DNA from: Gammaproteobacteria bacterium
GTDB taxonomy: Bacteria > Pseudomonadota > Gammaproteobacteria > 21-64-14
Direction: 5' to 3'
Assembly: GCA_027013145.1 (NCBI GenBank)
Contig: JALUXX010000011.1
Span: forward strand, 192,556-256,555
Length of the DNA: 64,000 bases
Shown: one piece after another, positions 1 through 11,999 of the stretch
How positions within the stretch are numbered: the stretch's first letter is position 1
Layout of the letters: each line of letters opens with the position of its first letter
The notes under the pieces: generated by a model
Databases searched by the model: none
Told to the model about the DNA's origin: nothing
Seen by the model: only the letters and a program-made list of their open reading frames with translations
Position numbers and translations under genes: made by a program

Positions 1-144
1 GTCGAGCTTCTTCTTGAGCGTCGCGGCGACGTCGATCTCCGTGAGCACGCCGAAGCCCTCGCCCTTGAGCGCCTCGGTCACCCGCTCGACCGCCTGATCG
101 AACGACAGCGCCACCGACTTTCCGAATCCGTAGGGTTTGCCCAT
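1..144 (-). CDS. DUF302 domain protein, N-terminal part; gene continues past the left edge
   Basis: Reverse translation gives [48 protein letters not shown], a typical DUF302 N-terminus. ATG at 142-144 preceded by GGAGG (151-160). Confidence 0.7.
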   Translation of the reverse strand, partial: MGKPYGFGKSVALSFDQAVERVTEALKGEGFGVLTEIDVAATLKKKLD

Positions 145-185
145 TTCGCAGTCCTCCTTGCGCGGCGCCCGGGTGCGGGCGCCGG

Positions 186-1936
<1,751 letters not shown>

Positions 1937-1943
1937 GACGGCG

Positions 1944-2786
1944 GTGGCGGACGCGGCGCCGGGGCGCTACGCGGTCTTCGGCAACCCGATCGCGCACAGC
2001 CGCTCGCCGTGGATCCATCGCCGCTTCGCGGCGCAGACCGGACGCCGCGTCGACTACGAGGCCATCCTGGCGCCGCGGGATGGTTTCGCCGCGGCGCTCG
2101 AGGCCTTCCACCGCGCCGGCGGGCGCGGCGCCAACGTCACGCTGCCCTTCAAGGAGGAGGCGTGGCGGCTCGCCGACGAGTGCAGCGCGCGGGCGCGCCG
2201 GGCGCGGGCCGTCAACACCCTCGTGCTGCGCGCCGACGGCACGCGCTTCGGCGACAACACCGACGGCGCGGGGCTGTTGCGCGACCTCAGCGTCAATCTC
2301 GGCCTCGAGCTGGCCGGGGGCCGCATCCTGCTCCTCGGTGCGGGCGGTGCGGCGCGGGGCGTGCTGGGTCCGCTGCTGGAGGCCGGACCGGCGCGGGTGC
2401 ACATCGCCAACCGCACCGCGGAGCGGGCGCGCGCCCTGGCCGGGGAGTTCGCCCCCTCCGGGGCGGTCTCGGCGGGAGGGCTCGACGCGCTGCCGCAGGG
2501 CCCCTTCGACCTGGTCCTGAACGCGACCTCGGCCGGCGTCGGCGGCACCCTGCCGCCCCTGCCCCCCGGCCGCTGGGCCGCGGGCGCCTTCTGCTACGAC
2601 CTCGCCTACGGGCCGGCGGCGCGCCCGTTCCTCGACTGGGCCAAAGCGCAGGGCGCGCGCGACGCGAGCGACGGCACCGGGATGCTGGTGGAGCAGGCCG
2701 CCGAGTCGTTCGCCCTCTGGCACGGGGTGCGCCCGCAGACCACGGAGATCATCGCGGCGTTGCGGCGCGGGATGCCGGCGGTCTGA
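1944..2786 (+). CDS. aroE: shikimate dehydrogenase
   Basis: RYAVFGNPIAHSRSPWIH AroE N-terminal motif and NADP-binding GAGGAARG. Confidence 0.9.
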   Translation: MADAAPGRYAVFGNPIAHSRSPWIHRRFAAQTGRRVDYEAILAPRDGFAAALEAFHRAGGRGANVTLPFKEEAWRLADECSARARRARAVNTLVLRADGTRFGDNTDGAGLLRDLSVNLGLELAGGRILLLGAGGAARGVLGPLLEAGPARVHIANRTAERARALAGEFAPSGAVSAGGLDALPQGPFDLVLNATSAGVGGTLPPLPPGRWAAGAFCYDLAYGPAARPFLDWAKAQGARDASDGTGMLVEQAAESFALWHGVRPQTTEIIAALRRGMPAV

Positions 2787-2803
2787 CCGGTACGATACCC
2801 GAA

Positions 2804-3346
2804 TCAGGTCGCGGATCGGGCCTGGCGGTGGCGCTCCTTGAGCGTGACGTAATGGCGCGCGGAGTATTCGAGGAACTCGAGCTCCTCGCGGCGCAGGCGC
2901 CGCACGCGCCGCACCGGGCTGCCCAGCCACAGCCACCCGCCCTCGAGGCGGCGCCCCGGCGGCACCACGCTGCCGGCGCCGACCAGGCAGCGGGCGCCGA
3001 CCACGGCCCCGTCCATGATCACGCTGCCCATGCCGATCAGCGCGCCGTCTTCGATGGTGCAGGCGTGCAGGATCGCGCGGTGGCCGACGGTGACGCCGTC
3101 GCCGACGCGCACGCCCAGTCCCCCCGGACAGTAGCCGCTGTCGTGCGTCACGTGCAGCACGGAGCCGTCCTGGATGTTCGTCTCCGCCCCGATCCGGATG
3201 GCCTGGATGTCGCCGCGCGCGACCGCCGTCGGCCACAGGGAGCTGTCGCGGCCGATCACCACGTCGCCGATCACGACGGCCGCGGGATCCACGTAGGCGG
3301 TCGCGTCGACGGCGGGCAGACGGTCCTCGAAGGCGCGGATCGGCAT
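2804..3346 (-). CDS. gamma-class carbonic anhydrase family protein (hexapeptide-repeat, YrdA/PaaY-like)
   Basis: Left-handed beta-helix hexapeptide repeats. WLGSPVRRVR C-terminal motif typical of the gamma-CA family. Confidence 0.8.
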   Translation of the reverse strand: MPIRAFEDRLPAVDATAYVDPAAVVIGDVVIGRDSSLWPTAVARGDIQAIRIGAETNIQDGSVLHVTHDSGYCPGGLGVRVGDGVTVGHRAILHACTIEDGALIGMGSVIMDGAVVGARCLVGAGSVVPPGRRLEGGWLWLGSPVRRVRRLRREELEFLEYSARHYVTLKERHRQARSAT

Positions 3347-3356
3347 CGCCGCGGAC

Positions 3357-4712
3357 TCAGCGCAGGGTGACGAGCTCTTCGGCGCTGGTGGGATGGATCG
3401 CCACGGTGTCGTCGAAGTCGCGCTTCGTCGCGCCCATGCGGATGGCGACGGCGAAGCCCTGGAGCATCTCGTCGGCGCCGGGCCCGATGATGTGGCAGCC
3501 GACGATCTTCTCGCGCGCGCCGACCGTGATCAGCTTCATGCACGCCTGGTGGCGCGCCTTCATCGGGGCGTAGTACATCGGCGTGAAACAGCTCTGGTAG
3601 ACTTTGACGGCGTCGCCGTGGGTCGCGCGCGCCTGCTCCTCGGTGAGTCCGACGGTACCGATCGGCGGGTGGCTGAAGACCACGGTCGGGATGTTCTCGT
3701 AGGGCAGGTGCCGGTCGGGCATGGCGCCGAACAGGCGGTCGGCCAGGCGCCGGCCGGCGGCGATCGCGACCGGGGTGAGCGCCGCGCGACCGGTGATGTC
3801 GCCGAGCGCGTAGACCCCCTCCACGTTGGTATTCTGAAAGGCGTCGACCGGGATGAAGCCGCGTTCGTCGACCGCCACGCCGGCGGATTCGAGCCCGAGT
3901 CCGGCGCTGTTGGGGCGGCGCCCGATCGCCCAGATGATGCGGTCGAAACCGGTCAGGACCTCGCCGTCCCGGCACAGGAGATCGAGGGTGCCGTCGGCGG
4001 CGCGGCGCACCGAACCGGCCTGGGAACGGGGCACGACGTTGACGCCCGCGTTGATCATCTCCTCCATCAGCGTCTCGCGCAGCATCGCATCGAAACTGCG
4101 CAGGAACTGCTCGCGGCGCAACAGCAGGGTGACCTCGCTGCCGAGCGCATTGAGGATACCGGCGAGTTCCACCGCGATGTAGCCCGCGCCGACCACGGCC
4201 GCGCGTCGCGGCAACGCCTCCATTTCGAAGAAACCGTCGGAGGTGATACCCAGCTCCGCGCCCGGCAGCTCCGGGACCACCGGCGAGCCGCCCGCGGCGA
4301 TCGCCACGTGCGCGGCCCGGTAGCGCTCCCCCCCGACTTCGACGGTATGGGCGTCGACGAACCGGGCGCGGCCGGGGATCAGATCGATGTCCGAGTCCGC
4401 CAGGTAGGTGCGGTACCAGCCGTTGATGCCGCGTATGTACGCCTCGCGCTGCGCGCGCAGCGCGGCGTAATCGCAATCGGCGGCGGCGGCGGGGAAACCG
4501 TAGGCGGGCGCGTCCCCCAGGGTGCGGGCGATCTCGGCCGCGAACCACATCACCTTCTTCGGCACGCAGCCGCGGTTGACGCAGGTTCCGCCGAGCGCCT
4601 CGGCGTCCGCTTCGACGACGGCGCAGCGGGCGCCGTGGGCGGCGGCGCGTTCCGCCACCGACAGGCCCCCGCTGCCGGCACCGATCGCCAGCAGGTCATA
4701 GCTCTTCGCCAT
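3357..4712 (-). CDS. gor: glutathione-disulfide reductase
   Basis: [19 protein letters not shown]-binding site and redox-active [14 protein letters not shown]-terminal [12 protein letters not shown]. Start taken at MAKSYD. Confidence 0.9.
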   Translation of the reverse strand: MAKSYDLLAIGAGSGGLSVAERAAAHGARCAVVEADAEALGGTCVNRGCVPKKVMWFAAEIARTLGDAPAYGFPAAAADCDYAALRAQREAYIRGINGWYRTYLADSDIDLIPGRARFVDAHTVEVGGERYRAAHVAIAAGGSPVVPELPGAELGITSDGFFEMEALPRRAAVVGAGYIAVELAGILNALGSEVTLLLRREQFLRSFDAMLRETLMEEMINAGVNVVPRSQAGSVRRAADGTLDLLCRDGEVLTGFDRIIWAIGRRPNSAGLGLESAGVAVDERGFIPVDAFQNTNVEGVYALGDITGRAALTPVAIAAGRRLADRLFGAMPDRHLPYENIPTVVFSHPPIGTVGLTEEQARATHGDAVKVYQSCFTPMYYAPMKARHQACMKLITVGAREKIVGCHIIGPGADEMLQGFAVAIRMGATKRDFDDTVAIHPTSAEELVTLR

Positions 4713-4823
4713 CGTCTCGATTCCCTGATCGTGGAATGGGTGCAAGCCCCGCCCGGCGCGGGGGGCGCGACCGACTATGTTAGATTATCCGCCGTCTGGC
4801 AAGCGCCGCGCACGGGGCCCCGC

Positions 4824-6902
4824 ATGGAACGACCCACCGAGACGAATCCGCTGCTCGAGATCCACGCCCTCCCGGCGTTCTCGCGCATCCGCGCCGAACA
4901 CGTCGTGCCGGCGGTCGAGCGGGTCCTGGCCGAGAACCGCGCGGCCATCGCGGACCTGACCGGCCGGGCCGGCGGGTCCGACTTCGAGGCGATCGTGGTC
5001 CCGCTCGAGGAACTCGACGACCGGCTCAACCGCGTCTGGTCGCCCGCGTCCCACCTCAACGCGGTCCTCGACGGCGAGGCGATGCGCGCGGCCTACCACG
5101 AGTGCCTGCCCAAGCTCAGCGACTACGCCGCGGAGCTGGGACAGAACGAGGCTTTGCACCGAGCCTATCGAACCCTCAGCGAGGCGCCGGATTTCGCCGC
5201 CTGGCCCGCGGAACGGCGCAAGATCGTCACCGACGCGCTGCGCGACTTCCGCCTCTCCGGGATCGAGCTCGACGCCGCGGGCCGCGCGCGCTATCGGGAC
5301 CTGCAGCAGGAACTCTCCCGCCTGACGAGCCGTTTTCAGGACAACGTGCTCGACGCCACGCACGCGTGGAAGAAGCACATCACGGACGAATCCCGCCTCG
5401 CCGGCCTGCCCGAGTCGGCGCGCGAGCTGGCGGCGCAGACGGCACGGCGCGACGGGCTCGAGGGCTGGCTGCTGACGCTGGAGTTCCCATCCTATCTCCC
5501 CGTCGTGACCTACGCGGAGGAGCGCGATTTGCGCCGCGAGGTCTATGAGGCCTATGTCACGCGCGCCTCGGATCTGGGCCCGCACGCCGGGCGCTGGGAC
5601 AACACCGAGGTCATGGACCGCATCCTCGGGCTGCGCCACGAACTCGCGGTCCTGCTGGGATTCGGAAACTACGCCGAATACTCCCTGGCAACCAAGATGG
5701 CGCACGAGCCGCGGCGGGTGCTCGAGTTCCTCGGCGATCTGGCCGCGCGCGCCGTCCCCCGCGCGCGCGAGGAGTTCGCCGAGCTTAGCGAGTTCGCCCG
5801 CGGGCGCCACGGCGCTGCCGCCCTGGAGGCCTGGGATACGGCCTACTACGCCGAGAAGCTGCGGCACGAGCGCTATGAGATCACTCAGGAGGAGTTGCGC
5901 CCCTACTTCCCCGAGCCGCGCGTGCTGGAAGGCATGTTCGATCTGGTCGGGCGCCTCTACGGGATCCGCATCCGCCGTATCGACGGCGCCGACGTCTGGC
6001 ACCCGGACGTGCGCTTCTACGAGATCCGCGGCGAGGACGGCTCGGTGCGCGGCCACTTCTACACCGACCTCTACGCGCGCCCCGGCAAACGCGGCGGGGC
6101 GTGGATGGACGAATGCCGCAACCGCAAGCACCTCGGCGCGGACCTGCAGACCCCGGTGGCACACCTGGTGTGCAATTTCTCCCCGCCGGTGGGCGACGCG
6201 CCGGCGCTGCTCACGCACGAGGAGGTCCTGACGCTGTTCCACGAGTTCGGGCACGGCCTGCACCACCTGCTCACGCGCGTGGACTACCCGAGCGTCGCCG
6301 GCATCAACGGGGTCCCCTGGGACGCGGTCGAACTGCCGAGCCAGTTCATGGAGAACTGGGGCTGGGAGCGGGCGGTGCTCGAGCGCATCGCCGTGCATTA
6401 CCGCACCGGCGCGCCGCTGCCCGAGTCGCTCTACCGGCGCATGCTGGCGGCGCGCAACTTCCATTCGGCGATGCACATGGTGCGCCAGCTCGAGTTTGCG
6501 CTGTTCGACTTCCGCATCCACCTCGAGCACGATCCGGAGGCCGGGCCGCGGATCTACGAGACCCTCGCCGAGGTGCGCCGGCAGGTGGCGGTGGTGCCGA
6601 CCGCGCCGTTCAACCGCTTCGCCCACTCCTTCACGCACATCTTCGCGGGCGGCTACGCCGCCGGCTATTACAGCTATCTGTGGGCGGAGGTGCTGTCCGC
6701 GGACGTGTTCTCCGCCTTCGAGGAGCGCGGCGGCATCGACGCGCAGACCGGTCGGCGCCTGCTCGCGACCGTGCTCGAGCGCGGCGGCTCGCGCGAGCCG
6801 ATGGACCTGTTCCGGGAGTTTCGCGGGCGCGAGCCGACCATCGACGCGCTGTTGCGGCACACCGGCCTCGCCGGGGGCGCCTCGCACGGGGCGGGGGCGT
6901 GA
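4824..6902 (+). CDS. prlC: oligopeptidase A (M3 metallopeptidase)
   Basis: HEFGHGLHH zinc motif and M3-family similarity over the full length. Start at [11 protein letters not shown]. The upstream part of the long ORF is antisense to gor. Confidence 0.9.
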   Translation: MERPTETNPLLEIHALPAFSRIRAEHVVPAVERVLAENRAAIADLTGRAGGSDFEAIVVPLEELDDRLNRVWSPASHLNAVLDGEAMRAAYHECLPKLSDYAAELGQNEALHRAYRTLSEAPDFAAWPAERRKIVTDALRDFRLSGIELDAAGRARYRDLQQELSRLTSRFQDNVLDATHAWKKHITDESRLAGLPESARELAAQTARRDGLEGWLLTLEFPSYLPVVTYAEERDLRREVYEAYVTRASDLGPHAGRWDNTEVMDRILGLRHELAVLLGFGNYAEYSLATKMAHEPRRVLEFLGDLAARAVPRAREEFAELSEFARGRHGAAALEAWDTAYYAEKLRHERYEITQEELRPYFPEPRVLEGMFDLVGRLYGIRIRRIDGADVWHPDVRFYEIRGEDGSVRGHFYTDLYARPGKRGGAWMDECRNRKHLGADLQTPVAHLVCNFSPPVGDAPALLTHEEVLTLFHEFGHGLHHLLTRVDYPSVAGINGVPWDAVELPSQFMENWGWERAVLERIAVHYRTGAPLPESLYRRMLAARNFHSAMHMVRQLEFALFDFRIHLEHDPEAGPRIYETLAEVRRQVAVVPTAPFNRFAHSFTHIFAGGYAAGYYSYLWAEVLSADVFSAFEERGGIDAQTGRRLLATVLERGGSREPMDLFREFRGREPTIDALLRHTGLAGGASHGAGA

Positions 6903-6945
6903 GTCGCGCCGCGGATCCGGGCCCGCGGCCGCCGGGGCGCGCGCG

Positions 6946-7755
6946 GTGAAGATCGCCTCCTGGAACGTGAACTCGCTGCGCGTGCGTCTGCCCCACGTGC
7001 TGCGCTGGCTCGAGGACGCGGCGCCCGACGTGGTGGGCCTGCAGGAGACCAAGCTGCCGGACGAGCGTTTCCCCGCCGCCGAGTTCGAGGCCGCGGGCTA
7101 TCGCGTCCTGTATTCGGGGCAGGCGACCTACAACGGCGTCGCCCTGCTCGCACGCGCGCCGCTCGAGGGCGCGGTGACCGGGCTCGAGGGCATGGAGGAC
7201 CCGCAACGGCGCGTGCTCGCCGCGACCTGCGCCGGGGTGCGGGTCTGGAACCTCTATGTCCCCAACGGCCAGGACGTCGACTCGGACAAGTACGCCTACA
7301 AGCTCGCCTGGCTCGAGCGCCTCGCCGACACGCTGGCGGCCGACCTGCGCCGCCACCCCGATCTGGTGGCGCTCGGCGATTTCAACATCGCCCCCGAGGA
7401 CCGCGACGTCCACGACCCCGAGCGCTGGCGCGGGCGGGTGCTGTGCTCGGAGCCCGAGCGCGCCGCCTTCCGCCGCCTGCTCGATCTCGGGCTGTGCGAC
7501 ACCTTCCGGCGCTTCGACCAGCCCGAGGCGCTGTTCAGTTGGTGGGACTACCGCGCCGCGGCCTTCCGGCGCAATCTCGGGCTGCGGATCGACCACATCC
7601 TCGCCAGCCCGTCGATGTGCGCCCGCTGCACCGCGGCGCACATCGACACGGGGCCGCGTGCCTGGGAACGCCCGTCCGACCATGCGCCGGTGGTGGCCGA
7701 GTTCGACCTCGGAGCCGGGACGGGCGGGTCCCCGGCCGGCGGGAAGGGGTCGTGA
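6946..7755 (+). CDS. xthA: exodeoxyribonuclease III
   Basis: [15 protein letters not shown] and QETK motifs, C-terminal SDHAPV. GTG start at 6946. Confidence 0.9.
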   Translation: MKIASWNVNSLRVRLPHVLRWLEDAAPDVVGLQETKLPDERFPAAEFEAAGYRVLYSGQATYNGVALLARAPLEGAVTGLEGMEDPQRRVLAATCAGVRVWNLYVPNGQDVDSDKYAYKLAWLERLADTLAADLRRHPDLVALGDFNIAPEDRDVHDPERWRGRVLCSEPERAAFRRLLDLGLCDTFRRFDQPEALFSWWDYRAAAFRRNLGLRIDHILASPSMCARCTAAHIDTGPRAWERPSDHAPVVAEFDLGAGTGGSPAGGKGS

Positions 7756-9251
7756 GCGACGGAGGGCGACCGGCGGTGCGCTATACCGATCTGAGGGACT
7801 TCATCGATGCGCTGGAGCGGCGCGGCGAGCTGCGCCGCATCGGCGTCGAGGTCGACCCGCGCCTGGAGATGACCGAGATCTGCGACCGCACCCTGCGGCG
7901 GGGTGGTCCGGCGCTGCTCTTCGAGCGCCCCAAGGGGCACACGATCCCGGTGCTGGCGAACCTGTTCGGGACACCGGAGCGCGTTGCCCTGGGCATGGGA
8001 CAGGAGTCGGTCGCGGCGCTGCGCGAGGTCGGCCGGCTGCTGGCCACCCTCAAGGAGCCGGAGGCGCCGGAGGGGGTGCGCGCGGCCTGGCGCCAGCTCC
8101 CGGTGTTCAAGCAGGTGCTCAACATGGCCCCGCGCACCGTCCGCGACGCCCCCTGCCGCCGCCACGTCCACGAGGGCGGGGACGTGGACCTGGGGATGCT
8201 GCCGGTGCAGACCTGCTGGCCCGAGGACGCCGGCCCGCTGATCACCTGGGCCCTGGTGATCACCCGCGGCCCGCACCGCACGCGCCACAACCTCGGCATC
8301 TACCGCCAGCAGGTGATCGGTCGCAACCGCCTCATCATGCGCTGGCTCGCCCATCGCGGCGGGGCGCTCGATTACGCCGAGTGGCGCGCCGCGCATCCGG
8401 GCGAACCGTTCCCGGTCGCCGTCGCGCTCGGCGCCGACCCGGCCACCATCCTCGGTGCGGTGACCCCGGTACCGGACACGCTCTCGGAGTACGCCTTCGC
8501 CGGCCTGCTGCGCGGGGCGCGTACCGAGCTGGTGCGCTGCATCACCCACGACCTGATGGTCCCGGCGAGCGCGGAGTTTGTGCTCGAGGGCTGGATCCAC
8601 CCCGACGACACCGCGCCCGAGGGGCCCTTCGGCGACCATACGGGCTATTACAACGAGGTCGAGACCTTTCCCGTGTTCACCGTCGAGCGCATCACGCACC
8701 GCGCCGCGCCGATCTACCACAGCACCTACACCGGCCGCCCGCCGGACGAGCCGGCGGTGCTGGGCGCGGCGCTCAACGAGGTCTTCGTCCCCATCCTGCA
8801 GAAGCAGTTTCCCGAGATCACCGACTTCTATCTGCCGCCGGAGGGCTGTTCCTACCGCTTCGCGGTGGTCACGATCCGTAAGCAGTATCCGGGCCACGCC
8901 AAGCGCATCCTCTTCGGCGTATGGTCCTTCCTGCGCCAGTTCATGTACACCAAGTTCGTCGTGGTGACCGACGACGACGTCGACGCCCGCGACTGGAAGG
9001 ACGTCATTTGGGCCCTGTCCACGCGCATGGACCCGGTGCGCGACACGGTCCTGGTGGACCACACCCCCATCGACTACCTCGATTTCGCCTCGCCGGTCGC
9101 CGGACTCGGCGGCAAGATCGGCTTCGACGCCACCCACAAGTGGCCCGGGGAGACGCAACGCGCCTGGGGTCGGCCGATCCGCATGGACGCCGAGGTGCGC
9201 CGGCGCGTGGACGCGATGTGGTCCTCCCTCGGGATCTTCGAGGAGCCCTGA
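7752..9251 (+). CDS. ubiD: 4-hydroxy-3-polyprenylbenzoate decarboxylase
   Basis: Near-colinear with E. coli UbiD (DLRDF..., [22 protein letters not shown]). Its GTG start forms a 4-nt overlap with the xthA stop. Confidence 0.92.
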   Translation: MSDGGRPAVRYTDLRDFIDALERRGELRRIGVEVDPRLEMTEICDRTLRRGGPALLFERPKGHTIPVLANLFGTPERVALGMGQESVAALREVGRLLATLKEPEAPEGVRAAWRQLPVFKQVLNMAPRTVRDAPCRRHVHEGGDVDLGMLPVQTCWPEDAGPLITWALVITRGPHRTRHNLGIYRQQVIGRNRLIMRWLAHRGGALDYAEWRAAHPGEPFPVAVALGADPATILGAVTPVPDTLSEYAFAGLLRGARTELVRCITHDLMVPASAEFVLEGWIHPDDTAPEGPFGDHTGYYNEVETFPVFTVERITHRAAPIYHSTYTGRPPDEPAVLGAALNEVFVPILQKQFPEITDFYLPPEGCSYRFAVVTIRKQYPGHAKRILFGVWSFLRQFMYTKFVVVTDDDVDARDWKDVIWALSTRMDPVRDTVLVDHTPIDYLDFASPVAGLGGKIGFDATHKWPGETQRAWGRPIRMDAEVRRRVDAMWSSLGIFEEP

Positions 9252-9371
9252 GCGGCGCATCGCGCCACGGTGCCGGATTTCAGCGCTGCGCGTCGTCTGC
9301 CGACAACCCGATCGGGGCCGCTCCGCAGTCGACCGCCGGGGCGGGACGCGGCGGTTTGGGGAGCGGTAGGG

Positions 9372-10010
9372 ATGCGCAGGATTCTGGTGCTGGACGCCCA
9401 AGGCGGCAGCGGGAAGAGCACGATCGCGACGAACCTGGCCGGGTTCTACGCCGTGGAGGGCGCCAACGTGGCCCTCGCGGACTTCGACCCGCGCGGCGTC
9501 GCGCTCGACTGGGCGGCGCGGCGCCCGCGGGCGCGCCCGCGCGTGCGCGCCATCGCCGCCGCAGCCGGGCCGTTCCGGGCGCCCCGCGGCACCGAGTACC
9601 TGATCATGGACGGCCCGGCGGGGGCGCACGGAGACGCGCTCGCGGCGCTGGTACGCCGCGGCGCCACCCTCCTCGTCCCGGTCCTGCCGGCGGCGGCGGC
9701 GGTACGCGCGGCGGCGCATTTCGTCGAGGAACTGCTGCTGGTCGGACGCGTCTCGCGCCGCGACCCGCACCTGGCGGTGGTCGCCAATCGCGTCCCGTCC
9801 GACGACGAACCCTTGCGCGGGCTCGAACGCTTCCTCGGACGGCTCGGCATCCCCTACGCCGCCACGCTGCGCGAGAGCGGAAACTACCGCCGCGCGGCGG
9901 ACAGCGGCCTCAGCCTGTTCGAACTCGCCCCCTCGCTCTCCGCGGCCGACCGGGAGCGGTGGCAACCGCTGCTGAACTGGCTGGAACGCGGGCGCCGGCG
10001 CGTCTGCTGA
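9372..10010 (+). CDS. ParA/MinD-like P-loop ATPase (orphan, deviant Walker A)
   Basis: MRRILVLDAQGGSGKSTIATNLAG deviant Walker A motif. Start at the internal Met. The upstream part of the ORF (9270..9371) has no support. Confidence 0.75.
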   Translation: MRRILVLDAQGGSGKSTIATNLAGFYAVEGANVALADFDPRGVALDWAARRPRARPRVRAIAAAAGPFRAPRGTEYLIMDGPAGAHGDALAALVRRGATLLVPVLPAAAAVRAAAHFVEELLLVGRVSRRDPHLAVVANRVPSDDEPLRGLERFLGRLGIPYAATLRESGNYRRAADSGLSLFELAPSLSAADRERWQPLLNWLERGRRRVC

Positions 10011-10016
10011 GCCGGC

Positions 10017-10886
10017 TCACGGCACCGCGATACAAGCGGGCAGGCCCGCCTCGAGGTCGGGGTAGCGCAGCTCGACGCCGAGTTCCTCGCGCAGGCGCCG
10101 GTTGTCGAGGCGGCGCGACTCTTCGAGATAGGAACGCATCGCGGCGCCGATGGCCCGGTCGGCCTCGGCGCGGGGAACCACCGGCGGGCGCGGCATCCCG
10201 AGGAGGTCGGCGACGCGGAAGAAGTAATCCGTCAGCGTGCTCGGGTGGCCGTCGGCGGCGTTGTACACCCGGCCGGGACGGCCGCGTTCGATCGCCGCGA
10301 GGCAGGCGGCGGCCAGGTCGACGGCGTGGATGCGATTGCTGAACGGCGAATCCTCCGGGCGCAACAGCGGCAGGCCGCGGCGGATGCGCTCGACCGGCAG
10401 GCGCCCGGGACCGTAGATCCCGGGCACGCGCAGGATCACGGCGGCGACGCCGCGGCGCCCGCACCAGCGGCCCAGTGCACGTTCGGCGGCGTAACGCCGG
10501 CGGGCGCGCGCGGTGCGCGGGGCCGGCGGCCGGTCCTCGTCGACCCAAGCCCCGCCGCAGTCGCCGTACACGCCGCTCGTGCTGATATAGACGAAACGCG
10601 CCGGCGGCGCGGGTTCGAGCAGGTGCAGCAGGGCCTCGACGCGGGGGTCGTGCGTCCCCGCGGCCGGGGGCGGGACGAGGCAGATCACCGTATCCGCACC
10701 GGCGATGCGCAGGTCCGGGTCCGGGGCGTCCAGATCGGCGCGCACTACCTCCACACCGCGCGCGGCGAGCGCCCCGGCGCGCCGGTCGGAACGCACGAGC
10801 GCACGCACCTGGTCGCCGCGCGCGAGCAGTGCGTCGGCGACGCGCCCACCGATGTCGCCGCAGCCGGCGATCAGCACACGGTTCAC
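10017..10886 (-). CDS. NAD-dependent epimerase/dehydratase family protein (SDR)
   Basis: N-terminal Rossmann motif VLIAGCGDIGGRV and SDR-like architecture. Confidence 0.8.
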   Translation of the reverse strand: MNRVLIAGCGDIGGRVADALLARGDQVRALVRSDRRAGALAARGVEVVRADLDAPDPDLRIAGADTVICLVPPPAAGTHDPRVEALLHLLEPAPPARFVYISTSGVYGDCGGAWVDEDRPPAPRTARARRRYAAERALGRWCGRRGVAAVILRVPGIYGPGRLPVERIRRGLPLLRPEDSPFSNRIHAVDLAAACLAAIERGRPGRVYNAADGHPSTLTDYFFRVADLLGMPRPPVVPRAEADRAIGAAMRSYLEESRRLDNRRLREELGVELRYPDLEAGLPACIAVP

Positions 10887-10947
10887 GGGTTTTTCCCGCC
10901 GGAGGAATCGGGGAGAATGTGGCCGGTGTTCACGGGGACTCCAAACG

Positions 10948-11985
10948 ATGGCATACCGGGTCAGCGTACAACCGAGCGGGCATGAATTCGAGGTCGAGGA
11001 CGGCGAGACCGTCCTCGAGGCGGCGCTGCGCGAGGGCTTCGCCTTCCCCTACGGCTGCCGCAACGGCGCCTGCGGGAGCTGCCGCGGGCGCATCGTCGCG
11101 GGTACGGTCGACTACCGCGGACCGCTCCCGCCCGGCATCAGCCCCGAAGAGGCGGCGCAGGGCGACGCCCTGTTCTGCAGTGCGTACCCGGAGTCGGACC
11201 TGGTCATCGAGATGCGCGAGATCGGCGCCGCCAAGGACATCGTCGTCAAGACGCTGCCGTGCCGGGTCGCGCGCATGGAGCGGCTGGCGCCCGATGTGAT
11301 GCGCCTCCTGCTCAAGCTGCCGGCGACCGAGCGGCTGCAGTTCCTCGCCGGGCAATATCTCGACATCCTGCTGCGCGACGGCGGCCGGCGCTCGTTCTCC
11401 CTCGCCAACGCCCCGCACGACGACGAACTCCTCGAGCTGCACGTGCGCCACGTGGAAGGGGGGCGCTTCAGCGGGCAGGTCTTCACGGCCATGAAGGAGA
11501 AGGCGCTGCTGCGCTTCCAGGGACCGCTCGGCAGCTTCTTCCTGCGCGAGGACTCCGGGCGCCCGATCCTCATGATGGGCGGCGGCACCGGTTTCGCACC
11601 GCTCAAGGGGATGCTCGAACACGCCTTCCACGAGGGCATCGACCGCCCCATCCACCTTTTCCGGGGCGCGCGTACGCGGGCCGACCTCTACCTCCACGAT
11701 CTCGTCCTCGACTGGGCCGGACGCTACCCGAACTTCCGCTACACCCCGGTACTCTCGGCGGCCGAACCCGGGGACGAGTGGGAGGGGCGGCGCGGCTTCG
11801 TGCACGAGGCCCTCATCGAGGCCTACCCCGACCTCGGCGACTACGAGGTCTACATGAGCGGTCCGCCGCCGATGATCCAGGCCGCGCGACGCGCCTTCAA
11901 GGAACACGGCCTGCCCGACGAGCATCTCTACTACGATTCGTTCGAACCGGCGCGCGATTCGCGCCCGAGCGCCGCTTCGGGGTGA
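10948..11985 (+). CDS. 2Fe-2S ferredoxin / FAD-NAD(P)-binding oxidoreductase (Fre/AscD-like, CDP-6-deoxy-delta-3,4-glucoseen reductase family)
   Basis: N-terminal plant-type ferredoxin Cys cluster CRNGACGSCRGR followed by flavin reductase RxFS and GGGTGFAP motifs. Confidence 0.85.
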   Translation: MAYRVSVQPSGHEFEVEDGETVLEAALREGFAFPYGCRNGACGSCRGRIVAGTVDYRGPLPPGISPEEAAQGDALFCSAYPESDLVIEMREIGAAKDIVVKTLPCRVARMERLAPDVMRLLLKLPATERLQFLAGQYLDILLRDGGRRSFSLANAPHDDELLELHVRHVEGGRFSGQVFTAMKEKALLRFQGPLGSFFLREDSGRPILMMGGGTGFAPLKGMLEHAFHEGIDRPIHLFRGARTRADLYLHDLVLDWAGRYPNFRYTPVLSAAEPGDEWEGRRGFVHEALIEAYPDLGDYEVYMSGPPPMIQAARRAFKEHGLPDEHLYYDSFEPARDSRPSAASG

Positions 11986-11999
11986 GGCGCGGCCGCCGT

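Noticed and set aside
9270-9371. N-terminal 34-codon extension of the ParA-like ORF
   Set aside because: No similarity and Arg/Pro-rich. The conserved ATPase begins at the internal Met directly before the Walker A motif.
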